Shown: one piece after another, positions 18,629 to 29,087 of the stretch
Layout: every line of letters begins with the position of its first letter
Numbering within the stretch: the first letter of the stretch is position 1
Assembly: GCA_977017575.1 (NCBI GenBank)
Contig: CDRNVI010000002.1
Coordinates: 744,001 to 808,000, forward strand
From: Paramoeba atlantica
Taxonomy: Eukaryota; Protista; Discosea
Reading direction: 5' to 3'
Length of the DNA stretch: 64,000 bases
Notes under the pieces: model-generated
What the model was told of the DNA's origin: nothing
Databases searched by the model: none
What the model saw: the letters and a program-made list of their open reading frames with translations, nothing else
Position numbers and translations under genes: made by a program

Positions 18629-21028
18629 TTGGAGCAAGAACCAACTAGAATAGCATTTACAGGCTTTGAAAAAGAAGTAATTAAGAAGTTTGAAGTCTCC
18701 ACAAATTCTTGTGAATGGCTCACGGTACAGAAAGATATTTCACAACGAACCTCGGTTCTAATCTGTGCTTGCGTAGCAACTCATAAATATGTTTACGCAG
18801 TGAAACATAAGATACCATGCGTTCAGAGGACTTGGCTAACCGAGTCCGTTCGAACGGGATACCCCTTGCATTGTATCGAAAAGTTCATGGTTCCTCCACT
18901 ACATGGTCTGCGAATATCCGTAACAGGAGGATCTCAAAGACAGAGGGAAGAAGTAGCGACGAAATGCGTGCAGGCAGGTGGGCAATTTTCAGCCAACTTG
19001 GATAAATATGTCCATTGTCTTATCATACTTCAAAAGAGCGAAGCGGGACGTATTCAACAAGGGCCAAAAATAGATTTTGCAAAAAAGTATAAAATTCGTA
19101 CGGCGAATTTAGAGTGGCTGATACAAATTATTGCGCAGGGTTACTGGAACGACACCGTGTGCGATCAAGATTCCGCGCATGCTTCTCACTCTGTTCGTAT
19201 GCTTTCGAATTCCCCTGAAAACTCCACTTTAAAAGTACAATCGCCCACCACGAAGGAATGTTACTTGAACGACTTCTTTGTATGGTTTCTAGGCGAACTT
19301 CCTTTACATTTTTCTGGCACAAAGGAAGCGACTGGATTTGTGCACGATAAGGTTCTATCTTCACATACAAATATCATATGCCTATCTGGGGTGAAACTGA
19401 ACGATCTGGATGTGTGTAATGCATTTCAACGTGTAGACCCAGAGTTTCGTCGCTTCGCTATACAACTGTGGTTAGAGGGAAAAGCGACCCTTCTACACTG
19501 GTCGTACTTTTTGCTATGTGCTTCATTAAAATCGAAGCAAGATTTAGCCATCTATACAATCCCTCCATGCCTGCACTATTTTGAAAGAGTCATAGGATTG
19601 CATTCTTCAATTTCTATTAAAGAAAAACTGGAATTGGCGATTATCGTTGAGCGATTGAACGGTTGTGTGCTGTTTATGGATTTCATGGAACCTGGTCCAG
19701 ACGATGGTGTCAATGAAAACATAGAAAATATATGCAGAATATCATCTCATCTTATTGTGCGTCAGGAGGACGACTTGACCTCGGGTAGGCGTATTAAAAG
19801 CCTACCAAAAAATCATCCCACGCCCATTTTTGCTTATGCCAGCTGGCTTCGAGATTGTGAAATCCAAAACAAATGGATGGAACCGCGCAAGGAACATTTA
19901 TACCCAACGGAGAATTTTCAGAGGCCACTGCGACCGATGCTAGAATCAGAAGCTCATATGCGACAGCCCTCAGTGACATCTACAAACAACTCCTTTACAC
20001 CCACGTCCCAAGACCCTTACAAGCACGATCTCAAAAGAGAACGATCTGACACCTCCTCAACTCAAAACTTCCACAACGAAACAACTCAACCGGATCGATC
20101 CGACGAAATCCTTGCCCTGTTTTCGCAACGTTGCAAAGCCCAACCTCCACAACCTCAACCCTCTCCCCCCCCTCCCACCTCCACAAACCCTCCCCTGCGC
20201 TACTCTTGCCTCCATCGTACCTTTGTACCCCGCCACCTCGACCCCACCCACGACCCCACCTCCCCCCTCTACGAAAGCCAGCGCGTCATCTACAACCACA
20301 ACCCCTCCCCCTCTCCCCCTCCCCCCTCCCCTCCCCCCCCCTACCGCTTCCTGCTCGGCCACAAGGACCCGCGGCAGCGCTCGGCCCTGATCTCCCACAT
20401 CCGCGCGCTCCCGGGGGCCACCGTCGTGGGGTCCGTGTCGTCCTGCACGCACTACCTCCCCCCCCGCGCCTCCAGGTCCGAGACCTTCCTCTCCTGCATC
20501 GCCTCCGGGAGGTTCATCCTGCGCCCCGCCTTCCTCACGGAGAGCGTGCGGCACGGGGCGTGGCAGGACCCGGGGGGGTATGAGTGGGGGGTGGGGGGGG
20601 AGGGGGAGGAGGGGGGGGTGGGGAGTATGACCACACAGTCACTGCTGCTTCAGGCGTGTCGAACGTGGCGACTCCGGGGTGGGGGGGCGTTTGGGGGGTG
20701 GAGAGTGGTGTTGGTGATGAGGGAGGTGGGGAGGAGGAGGAGTTTTGGGAATGTGTTGCGACGGGGGGGTGCGTCGTGGGTGGGGGAGGTGAGTCCAGAG
20801 GAGGTGGAGAGGGGGGAGAGGTTGTGTGAGTTTGAGAATCCGAGCTATGTTATCTATGATGATGGTTTGGATGAGGAGGAACAGCGAGCGCTGTATGGTA
20901 AACTCCGGGGTAGGACGAAGAATTCGTCGCACGTGCGCTTGGAGTGTATTATTTTCGTATTGACCTATCCGGATGAAGTGATTCCAGGGGCCTTGCGCGT
21001 GAACGGTCGTAGTCATAAATTCAGGTGA
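18629..21028 (+). CDS. Multi-BRCT TopBP1/Rad4/Dpb11-like protein
   Basis: Tandem BRCT pairs (GLRISVTGG..GGQFSANLDKYVHCLI..WLIQ; C-terminal CTHYL..SRSETFLSCIASGRFILRPAFL..FGGWRVVL); start uncertain (TTG at 18629, first ATG at 18887). Confidence 0.85.
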   Translation: MEQEPTRIAFTGFEKEVIKKFEVSTNSCEWLTVQKDISQRTSVLICACVATHKYVYAVKHKIPCVQRTWLTESVRTGYPLHCIEKFMVPPLHGLRISVTGGSQRQREEVATKCVQAGGQFSANLDKYVHCLIILQKSEAGRIQQGPKIDFAKKYKIRTANLEWLIQIIAQGYWNDTVCDQDSAHASHSVRMLSNSPENSTLKVQSPTTKECYLNDFFVWFLGELPLHFSGTKEATGFVHDKVLSSHTNIICLSGVKLNDLDVCNAFQRVDPEFRRFAIQLWLEGKATLLHWSYFLLCASLKSKQDLAIYTIPPCLHYFERVIGLHSSISIKEKLELAIIVERLNGCVLFMDFMEPGPDDGVNENIENICRISSHLIVRQEDDLTSGRRIKSLPKNHPTPIFAYASWLRDCEIQNKWMEPRKEHLYPTENFQRPLRPMLESEAHMRQPSVTSTNNSFTPTSQDPYKHDLKRERSDTSSTQNFHNETTQPDRSDEILALFSQRCKAQPPQPQPSPPPPTSTNPPLRYSCLHRTFVPRHLDPTHDPTSPLYESQRVIYNHNPSPSPPPPSPPPPYRFLLGHKDPRQRSALISHIRALPGATVVGSVSSCTHYLPPRASRSETFLSCIASGRFILRPAFLTESVRHGAWQDPGGYEWGVGGEGEEGGVGSMTTQSLLLQACRTWRLRGGGAFGGWRVVLVMREVGRRRSFGNVLRRGGASWVGEVSPEEVERGERLCEFENPSYVIYDDGLDEEEQRALYGKLRGRTKNSSHVRLECIIFVLTYPDEVIPGALRVNGRSHKFR

Positions 21029-21274
21029 CGTGCAAGGTAGAGTATGAACGCCGTAGTCGCATGTAAACACTATGTAAGTTTTTTTTCTTCATTTGGTTTA
21101 TTTGAGGAGGAGTGTTTTCATAGTGTCTAACGTAGTGTATGGACATGCTCGCGCAAAGAAGAAGTACAGCAAGATCTGCATAAAAACGCGCCTAAAACTC
21201 GATGAAAAAAAAAGTTTATTGGAAATAATGAAAAGGAATACTTAGCCTACATCAAAATATCTGACACCTATTAC

Positions 21275-22501
21275 ATGGCAGCGAGCTTATTTCTTGAGTA
21301 CATGCGACGCAGAGCGCATGTACCTTTTTCTATTGAAGAACTCTATGGAAGAGTAAAAGAGGAACGGCGAGAGGCAATGAAGCTCGATGTAGAATCAATT
21401 AAACGGGATCTCGGTAGAGTGCTACGCCACCTTGTGGTTTCCTATCCATGGCAGTGGAAGTGTGTAGATACCTCAAGAGAGATGTACATGTACGATCCAC
21501 AGCGCATACGAACACGACAGGACCTACTAAATGCTCTTCAAGAGATTATGCAAAGTATGAAATCTGTAGAGCCCTCTGAGGGAGATGAATCAGCTCCGGG
21601 CTATTCAAACACTCGAATCGGTGTTCCTCTTGCCGCGTTCGATCTTTCTGATGCGACAACAAAGAAAATTATTCATGAAGCCTTGGAGGAGAACGAAATA
21701 TCGAGCCTAATTCCGGGAAGCAAACAGCCACCGCGTGCCACTGGTCACGCTGTAATGACGGACTCACGAGTTGAGCTTGTGCACTACAGTTCTCGAATAT
21801 ACCTGGATGGAAAGTCCCAGGAGGTTCGCCTCAAAATGAAGAACGTTCCGGAGAATGACTTTCTCATGACTGTCCACGTGCAGTGCTCTCTCCCCAAAGC
21901 AGTCAGCATAGCCCCGACTGTTCATGACGCGAAAAAGGGGGAAACCGTATCCTTCCTCGTGGACCCCAAAATGATCTGCGAATGTGTCCTGCGTGTTGCG
22001 GTCGACGGAGCCGAACGTCTGGTACTCCCTCTGGAGGTGCGACGCAGTAAACTCGATCCTGGGATGGTACTCTACTCCCTTAACCCCTCTTTAGGGAAAC
22101 TATGTACCGTGATCGACAACGCCGCCGATCTTCCTCTGCGTCATCTCTGGCACGCCCTCCCCACCGACACCCCCTCAGGATCAGATGTATTCGATCGTCT
22201 TCTTCGGTTTTACACAACCTCCCGTCATGGCTCGGGGAATGCGAGCTCCTCCCTCTCTGCCCCCTCCCACCCGGAGCGTACCCGTCCGCTGCATCTCACC
22301 AATGCGCACATGCGACATCTCGGGTACGACTTCTCCAAGCCCTGCGGGTTACATACGGACCCGGACGCGTCCCGCCAGGACCGCGTGGAGGCGGCGATCC
22401 AGCAGGCCGAGGTGGAGATACGAAAAGAGTCCGACCCGAGTCGTCGGAGTTACCGGAGGAAACGAGCACGACGGGTCGTGGAACCTGTACAGCAGGGTTA
22501 A
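21275..22501 (+). CDS. Hypothetical protein with a beta-rich central domain
   Basis: 408-aa ATG-initiated ORF in polycistronic orientation. Confidence 0.7.
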   Translation: MAASLFLEYMRRRAHVPFSIEELYGRVKEERREAMKLDVESIKRDLGRVLRHLVVSYPWQWKCVDTSREMYMYDPQRIRTRQDLLNALQEIMQSMKSVEPSEGDESAPGYSNTRIGVPLAAFDLSDATTKKIIHEALEENEISSLIPGSKQPPRATGHAVMTDSRVELVHYSSRIYLDGKSQEVRLKMKNVPENDFLMTVHVQCSLPKAVSIAPTVHDAKKGETVSFLVDPKMICECVLRVAVDGAERLVLPLEVRRSKLDPGMVLYSLNPSLGKLCTVIDNAADLPLRHLWHALPTDTPSGSDVFDRLLRFYTTSRHGSGNASSSLSAPSHPERTRPLHLTNAHMRHLGYDFSKPCGLHTDPDASRQDRVEAAIQQAEVEIRKESDPSRRSYRRKRARRVVEPVQQG

Positions 22502-23057
22502 GGAAGTAGCGCAAGAACAAGCGGTTTGTACAGTATGTAAAAGGTCAAAACCTGAACCGTTCACGGTGTTTTCCGTAGTTTTCGTACTACAGAAGACGAA
22601 AACTTATGCGCTGGACGCATTGATGAAAAAGGCATGCAAAGCCGTGGAGTACTACTTGGACGTCCGCTCACTGCGTACCTTTGACGACTGTGGAATGAGA
22701 TTATTAAGGTCCTGTGGACGGTAACAGGGCCACGCAAGGAAGACCCGGCGATCTGCTTTTTGTCATTTTGCGCTGGCCATTGCAGTGGCCATCTTGAAAG
22801 ATAATGCACAGACACCCTTCACGGCACAGTAGACTGGAGGGATAAGGTAGTCTGCACCCAACCTAAAGATGTCCATCAATTTTATGTAGACACTTCTTCG
22901 TGTGAATCGGATCTAGTATTTCTTTCCGACGGAATAGCAACTTTTACAGGCATTCTGCGCAGACCGTGGCTTTTGCCCGAAGGAATGTAGCCAAAGAACT
23001 TAAGAAAGTCATGGAAATAACAGTACAAGTTTTTGATTACATTAGAAGCAAACTTAA

Positions 23058-23969
23058 ATGAATTATTATTCTATTCTATATTTTATGCCTGCTTTTTATG
23101 TTTCATATTCTTCAGCAATATACCTTTCTTCAGAAAGAGTTTTGCCTGTGAACTTGCTTATGCCACTTCTATTGTGTCATTCGAAGGACGACACAAACTC
23201 GAACTCACGATATTCTCGAGCTGGGAAAATTAGAGGGACACAATTACCTCAGGAATATGACCTTGAAAGATTTGTTACGGATATTGAAAATCCACATTGG
23301 TCGTGGAACACCAGTACCCCGGCATGTGAGTGGGACGGGGTTACGTGCGCCAACGGTGTTGACGTGTCGAAAATTCAGTGGTCTTCGAGAGAACTTTCTG
23401 GTTCACTACGATGGGATTCACTACCACGAACAGTCGCTCGGCTCTCCGTTTCACGAAACAAGCTTACAGGTTCGATAGAGTTATCTGTCCTTCCGCCAAG
23501 TCTGAAATTATTAAACCTGATGAAAAATAACTTTGCCGGCAGGTTTGATTTGCAACATTTGTCAGATTTAATGGAGAAAATTGGGGTTGTGGACAACCTT
23601 TTTGATGGGCCGGTAGACCTTGTTAATCTTCCTAAAAGTCTAACTGTTCTGTTATGTAACGAGAACATGTTTTCCGGTAACGTAATGCTTGATTGTTTAC
23701 CGCAGAGTATGAACTACCTTCATCTTGGAAATAATCAGCTGTCAGGTCCCCTCGATCTACAGCATCTTCCATCATCATTAAAAAGACTATATTGCCAAAA
23801 CAACTTCTTTGATGGTCTAGTTCAGTTTGACAGCCTTCCTGCGGGATTGCGCGTTCTATGTCTACGAAACAATACCGAACTACATGGTCTGCTAAGCAAA
23901 CACACCATTCCTGCGTCATTAAAAGACATCGATGTGTGGGATACGAAGGTCATACAAGGGCTACCATAG
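23058..23969 (+). CDS. LRR family member 2 (tandem copy A)
   Basis: KIRGTQLPQEYDL..SWNTSTPACEWDGVTC cap and about 7 LRRs; functional start may be the MPLLLCH ATG shared with copy B. Confidence 0.88.
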   Translation: MNYYSILYFMPAFYVSYSSAIYLSSERVLPVNLLMPLLLCHSKDDTNSNSRYSRAGKIRGTQLPQEYDLERFVTDIENPHWSWNTSTPACEWDGVTCANGVDVSKIQWSSRELSGSLRWDSLPRTVARLSVSRNKLTGSIELSVLPPSLKLLNLMKNNFAGRFDLQHLSDLMEKIGVVDNLFDGPVDLVNLPKSLTVLLCNENMFSGNVMLDCLPQSMNYLHLGNNQLSGPLDLQHLPSSLKRLYCQNNFFDGLVQFDSLPAGLRVLCLRNNTELHGLLSKHTIPASLKDIDVWDTKVIQGLP

Positions 23970-24365
23970 AGAAGGACAAGAGAATGTCTCTGGTTTTCAA
24001 AAATCTCGCATTTGCGCATTTCAAAATAAAAAGAAATTTTTGAGCAAAACGGGTGAGATTTGACCATTAATTTTAGTAAGAATGGTTCGAGAATTACTGA
24101 GTAATTGGGGAGGGGGGCATTCGATGAATGGAGTGCAGTACGACCCGTTCGATGAAGGGAAACGCGAATTTCTTTTCGCAAAAAAAAAGTTGATTTTGAC
24201 AAAAAAACATTTTGTTTTGTTCATCCCAAAAATTTGGGAAAGGGGTTGATTTGAATTTCAATGAGTTGAACGTATTCTATTCTGTATTTTATGCCTGCTT
24301 TTTATGTTTCATATTCTTGAGCAATATACCTTTCTTCAGAAAGAGTTTTGCCCGTGAATTTGCTT

Positions 24366-25175
24366 ATGCCACTTCTATTGTGTCATTCGAAGGATGACAC
24401 AAATTCGAACTCACGATATTCTCGAGCTGGGAAAATTAGAGGGACACAATTACCTCAGGAATATGACCTTGAAAGATTTGTTACGGATATTGAAAATCCA
24501 CATTGGTCGTGGAACACCAGTACCCCGGCATGTGAGTGGGACGGGGTTACGTGCGCCAACGGTGTTGACGTGTCGAAAATTCAGTGGTCTTCGAGAGAAC
24601 TTTCTGGTTCACTACGATGGGATTCACTACCACGAACAGTCGCTCGGCTCTCCGTTTCACGAAACAAACTTACAGGTTCGATAGAGTTATCTGTCCTTCC
24701 GCCAAGTCTGATATTATTGAGTCTGATGAAGAACGATTTTTCTGGCATGCTTGATTGGCAACATTTTCCAGATATAATGCAAAAGTTTGCGGTGGTGGAC
24801 AACCTTTTTGATGGGCCGGTAGACCTTGTTAATCTTCCTAAAAGTTTAACTGTGCTGATATGTCACAAGAATATGTTTTCCGGTAACATAATGATGGATG
24901 GTTTACCGCAGATTATGAGGTATCTTAATCTTGGAAATAATCAGCTGTCAGGTCCCCTCGACTTACAGCATCTGCCATCATCATTAAAAATGTTATATTG
25001 CCAAAACAACTTCTTTGGTGGTCTAGTTCAGTTTGACAGCCTTCCTGCGGAATTGCGAGTGTTGTGGCTACAAAACAACACGGAACTCCATGGTCTACTA
25101 AACAACTACACCATTCCTGTGTCATTAAGAGCCATCGATGTGAGTGGTACGAAGATCATACAAGGACTACCATAG
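24366..25175 (+). CDS. LRR family member 3 (tandem copy B)
   Basis: Near-identical 5' half to copy A and diverged LRRs; first ATG in the open frame at 24366. Confidence 0.88.
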   Translation: MPLLLCHSKDDTNSNSRYSRAGKIRGTQLPQEYDLERFVTDIENPHWSWNTSTPACEWDGVTCANGVDVSKIQWSSRELSGSLRWDSLPRTVARLSVSRNKLTGSIELSVLPPSLILLSLMKNDFSGMLDWQHFPDIMQKFAVVDNLFDGPVDLVNLPKSLTVLICHKNMFSGNIMMDGLPQIMRYLNLGNNQLSGPLDLQHLPSSLKMLYCQNNFFGGLVQFDSLPAELRVLWLQNNTELHGLLNNYTIPVSLRAIDVSGTKIIQGLP

Positions 25176-25398
25176 AGAAAGAGAGACAAGAGAGTGTCTT
25201 TGATTTTCAAAAATCTCGTATTTGTGTATTTACTCAAAATAAGCAAAATTAAATATGTTAAGAAATTGAGGGCAAAACGGGTGAGAGTTACCCATTAATT
25301 TTAGTTGTAAATGATGTTTCCAAAATATTTAATAACTTCATTGTACATGTTAAGGATACTATTTTTCTTTAGTATACACTGGTAGTACTGTTTATTAA

Positions 25399-25842
25399 AT
25401 GTGGCATTGTCTTGTTCTGTTGGCCTTCTTTCCGGCTACCTCAGCCGCTGAGTACGTCCCCGTCAGCTGTGCCACACCTCCTATGGAAGACTTATTCGCC
25501 CTGGAAAACGTTACCGTGACTCCGGATATCCCCGCACGCACCACTATGGATTTTTTACTTCATGGCAAACCGTCCAGTGCCATCACGGGAGTCCAAGTCA
25601 CCGCGACCAGTTCATTATGCATTACCGAGGAAACCTGTGTGCCAGTGGATACCCGATTGCTGCCCTGTGTTACCCCCACCTGTGAAAAGTTTCCTGTCGG
25701 TGTTGATCATATTGGTGTGCAAACGTTGATCCCTGCTTACACCCCATCTGGCACCTATGAGGTAAAGTTACGCTACGAGGGGACCATGAAAGGGGATAAG
25801 AAGGAATTTGCTTGTGCGTTATACAGGTTCAGGCTGCATTGA
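25399..25842 (+). CDS. Secreted ML-domain (NPC2/MD-2-like) lipid-binding protein
   Basis: Signal peptide, conserved Cys pattern, VTVTPD and IPAYTPSGTYEVKL..FACA motifs. Confidence 0.8.
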   Translation: MWHCLVLLAFFPATSAAEYVPVSCATPPMEDLFALENVTVTPDIPARTTMDFLLHGKPSSAITGVQVTATSSLCITEETCVPVDTRLLPCVTPTCEKFPVGVDHIGVQTLIPAYTPSGTYEVKLRYEGTMKGDKKEFACALYRFRLH

Positions 25843-26297
25843 AATAGAATGTGTGTTTGCAGGAATTTATACTACTTTATCCCCTATTAACATGTTGGAC
25901 CGGAGAATTGTACGTAGCGGGCGCCACAATAGTGCAAATTGAGGACGTGCTCGATAGCGTATAGGTTCTTGCTTGTTTGTGTACATAATTATAAGAATTC
26001 TTTTTGTCAACGACTCAAATCAATCACGAATGAAGCTAGGTTTGTACAAAACATAATACACTCTCAGTAGTTCGTTCTCCGTTTCTCTGTTTATCACTAT
26101 TCGATTTCCTCATTGTTTTTTAAATAGAAACTGCGCTTTATACTGCCTTGCATACATGTCGTTCACCGTTTACCAAGATTCCTCTATACATGCGTTTCAT
26201 CTTACTTGACATCGGGACCTTCATCAGAATCTTTTGTTTACGAAGAACACCGTTTTCTTTATTAGTTAGACCTTTCTTCGTTAATTTCCTTACTTTC

Positions 26298-26861
26298 ATG
26301 CATCGATTCGAAAGTTACGAGTCCTTGAACGCGTATACAATAACTATCTACGTCAAAGGAGCAAATGAACGTGATGTAGCTGTCGAATGGATCAAAAACT
26401 CTGCTGCAACGGAAATCGTGGGCTTCGTTGTCAAAATTCGGGAGAATAAGTTACCATTTACTCCACTGGCAGGAGGCGTTGATCCGGAACTTACGCACAT
26501 CGCGGTTAAAAATGTAAAGGTGGAAATTACTCTTCACAAAAGTATACCTGGATACTGGGGAAGATTAACACTCCAACCAAGGGAACAGACAAATTCATCT
26601 GGATTAAATGCTCCAGCGGACACATCTGTCCGCAGGGAAACACGTGACTGGTCAAAAATTAATTTTGAGGAAGACCCAAACACGGATATGCAAGATTTCT
26701 TGCGAAATATTTATGCACAAGGTACGGAAGAAAGTCGCAGAGCCATGATGAAGAGCTTTCAAGAAAGCGGTGGTACGGTACTTTCTACTAACTGGAGTGA
26801 AGTAGGGTCTAAAGCCGTCGACGCCAAGCCCCCATGCGGTATGGAAGAACGAAACTGGTGA
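26298..26861 (+). CDS. SGT1: SGT1-like co-chaperone (CS and SGS domains)
   Basis: DWSKI..F..IYAQGTEESRRAMMKSFQESGGTVLSTNWSEVG SGS signature. Confidence 0.88.
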   Translation: MHRFESYESLNAYTITIYVKGANERDVAVEWIKNSAATEIVGFVVKIRENKLPFTPLAGGVDPELTHIAVKNVKVEITLHKSIPGYWGRLTLQPREQTNSSGLNAPADTSVRRETRDWSKINFEEDPNTDMQDFLRNIYAQGTEESRRAMMKSFQESGGTVLSTNWSEVGSKAVDAKPPCGMEERNW

Positions 26862-27359
26862 GATCCTTGAGCCTGAAATGTCCCCGTTTGTAAGTTTTTG
26901 AGCATTAGAAGAGTTCTCGTACTAAGCAGAACCAATATTCTTATGAGTCATACGTTTCGTTGGTAGTTCTATTCTTGCTTGGGGCATCCATTCTAGATGC
27001 AATTAATGTCCTGTCTCTGTTAAAGTGTATCTGTTGTATAGCGAAACATTGTTAAGAGCTCAGGAGCTTCGTATCCGTCTGCAACTCACAAGTTTTGGTC
27101 TTGGAGTGATTTAAGCGTAGTGAACAGTCTTGCTCCACTTCTTGTTTCTTCAAAATGGAAAAACAGTGTTCAACAGAAGAAGTTAAGAAGTAGAATAGTC
27201 AGGGAGCTACTCCGTCAGGAGAGTGAAACAGCGAAAATAATCCAAAGTTTCGAAATAGCATCTCCTCATTGGCCTAGTTGCACGCTCTAGTGTATTCTCA
27301 TAAAAATGTGATCTTTATAACATTGGCTCAATATTAGGCTCCTAGTCATAATAGTATTA

Positions 27360-28388
27360 CTATCCCCCCCCTAATAGGGAACCCCCTTTAATAGGGCACC
27401 GGTTTTGGTGGAAATGCCCTAATAAAGGGGGGGGGGGGGATAATTGAGGAGATTAATATAAAATAGTGCACACGAACTTACTTATTGAAACGAATGTATA
27501 AAAAACTAACATCTCCGAAAATAACGTAGCTGTACTGTCGAACATCGTGCTGCGAGTACAGATGATGCGACCATCGTCTTATGCGTTGATCAATATCTGA
27601 AGGTGTGATCGCTTGAGTTTTTCCAAACGTTCGCCAAGTCTATCCAAACACGTAACGAAAGTGCTTATACGCTCTTTCTTTCGCCTTTTCACTCAGTCCT
27701 TCCCGAAATGCTCCATGTTCACTCATCAACTGGAGCACCCTATCACGAGTGATAGGGCTATGACCATTCAACAAACCGAGAAGGGTTTCATGAACCTTTG
27801 TCATAGAATCTTGTCGCGAGCCATTGAAAGCTCGCTCACGCTTCCTGTCGCGACCTCCACGATTCATTCTTGATTGGTATTCTTTTTCTCCGACCCGCTT
27901 TATTTTCCGTACGGTCTTCTCGGCAACACTATACGCCTTCGCAAGTTTTGATACGGAAGACGAAGAACGACACACGGACAACTTGTCTTGCACCGACAAG
28001 TGCTTTCTGCGGCGTGTTGATGGGGGAACAAAGGGAAGGGGAGAGGGACGTGCTGAAAAAGAATTCTCAGGGAGAGAGATGCCAGGCTCTTGTCCGGAAG
28101 CGAAAGGTCCGACTACACGTGATACACGAGCCACTGGAGTACGCGAAACAATCCAGTTGCTTAACGGTCCACGTGGCACCAAATCCTCCCGAGAATTCAT
28201 GGGGCAATAATTTTCAGGAGAAGTTTTCTATAATTCCTAAACGAAGGTATTGCTGCGTTTTTAAACAAATTTTTACACTCGTATAGCTATGCACCGGAAA
28301 AAAAAGCCGCCGCTTCGCAAAAAAAATCCCCATCCTAAAAAAATGTTTGACCTTTTAGACAAAATAGCCCTATTAAAGGGGGGGATAG
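27360..28388 (-). mobile_element. Non-autonomous pogo-like element with TA target duplication
   Basis: ta|ctatcccccccctaataggg... and ...ccctattaaagggggggatag|ta termini; internal transposase remnant. Confidence 0.82.
27511..28200 (-). pseudogene. pogo-like transposase pseudogene (in-frame TAG, truncated after the first catalytic Asp)
   Basis: Aligns by eye with 10298-11134; similarity continues past TAG (27640-27642): FG*TWRTFGK..PSDIDQRIRRWSHHLY..YSYVIFGD versus FGWRNRRFGR..PSDVGSRIRAWARQLY..YAYVIFGD. Confidence 0.82.
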
Positions 28389-28398
28389 TAATATGATT

Positions 28399-29087
28399 GC
28401 GTTACTCCCCCTTACTTCGCCTCCCCCCTTACATCACCACATTTAGTCACTGGACGTGTGGTGAAGTAAGGGGGGTGTCAGATTTTTCCCCAAGCAACTT
28501 ACCACCTCTACGCAGCCGGAGGGGTGCACTGCAATCGACCGTTACATTGGTGTAAGGCGAGGTAGAGCCACGCCCAGTGGTCTTCAAGGAGGGACACAGA
28601 TGGCGCACAAAAATAACGTTTTGTTTTTCAGGAGAGAAATGTTTTGAATTTTGTTGATGAACAGACCGACCACTGACTAAAATGTTTGGGAAGACTTTGG
28701 TGAAAATCTAAAAAAAAAATTATTCCGTTAATTATTATTCCGTTAATTTTTATTCCAATGATTTTTATTCCGTTAATAAGTACTTTGACGGTATTACGTT
28801 AATTAATGCTACGTTAATTAAAAAAAAAGTACATTTTAATTACGTTAAAAAGTGTTTCACCGGTAAAAGAAACATAAAAGATAGAACGTGCAACACGAGG
28901 TATTACAACACTCAAGAAAAGGAAATTACGCTCAATATCGATAGCATAGTGTACTTCAATAATTTGAGGATTTCCGAAAGAAATATAACTTGATCGAACT
29001 TTGAATCACTTATTCACCCCCCTTACTTTACCACAAAGTACAGGTTTTGGACCAAAAAGTGGGGGCTAAGTAAGGGGGGGATAACGG
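28399..29087. mobile_element. Non-coding TIR element with subterminal hairpins and repeat arrays
   Basis: Left cgttactcccccttacttcgcctccc versus right reverse complement ccgttatcccccccttacttagccccc; TA after 29087; internal ttattccgttaat x3 and tacgtta x3. Confidence 0.6.

Noticed and set aside
22185-22724. ORF overlapping the 3' end of 21275-22501 as a frameshift extension
   Set aside because: No slippery site or domain continuity; largely a shadow of the GC-rich gene end
24328-24330. TGA versus TCA upstream of LRR copy B as possible Sec recoding
   Set aside because: Lies upstream of the shared MPLLLC start, probably in UTR or splice-signal sequence; no SECIS seen
27640-27642. TAG at a Trp position as a sign of stop-codon reassignment (Blastocrithidia-like code)
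   Set aside because: Host genes are long open frames under the standard code and end in TAA, TAG or TGA; a single TGG-to-TAG change in a dead transposon suffices
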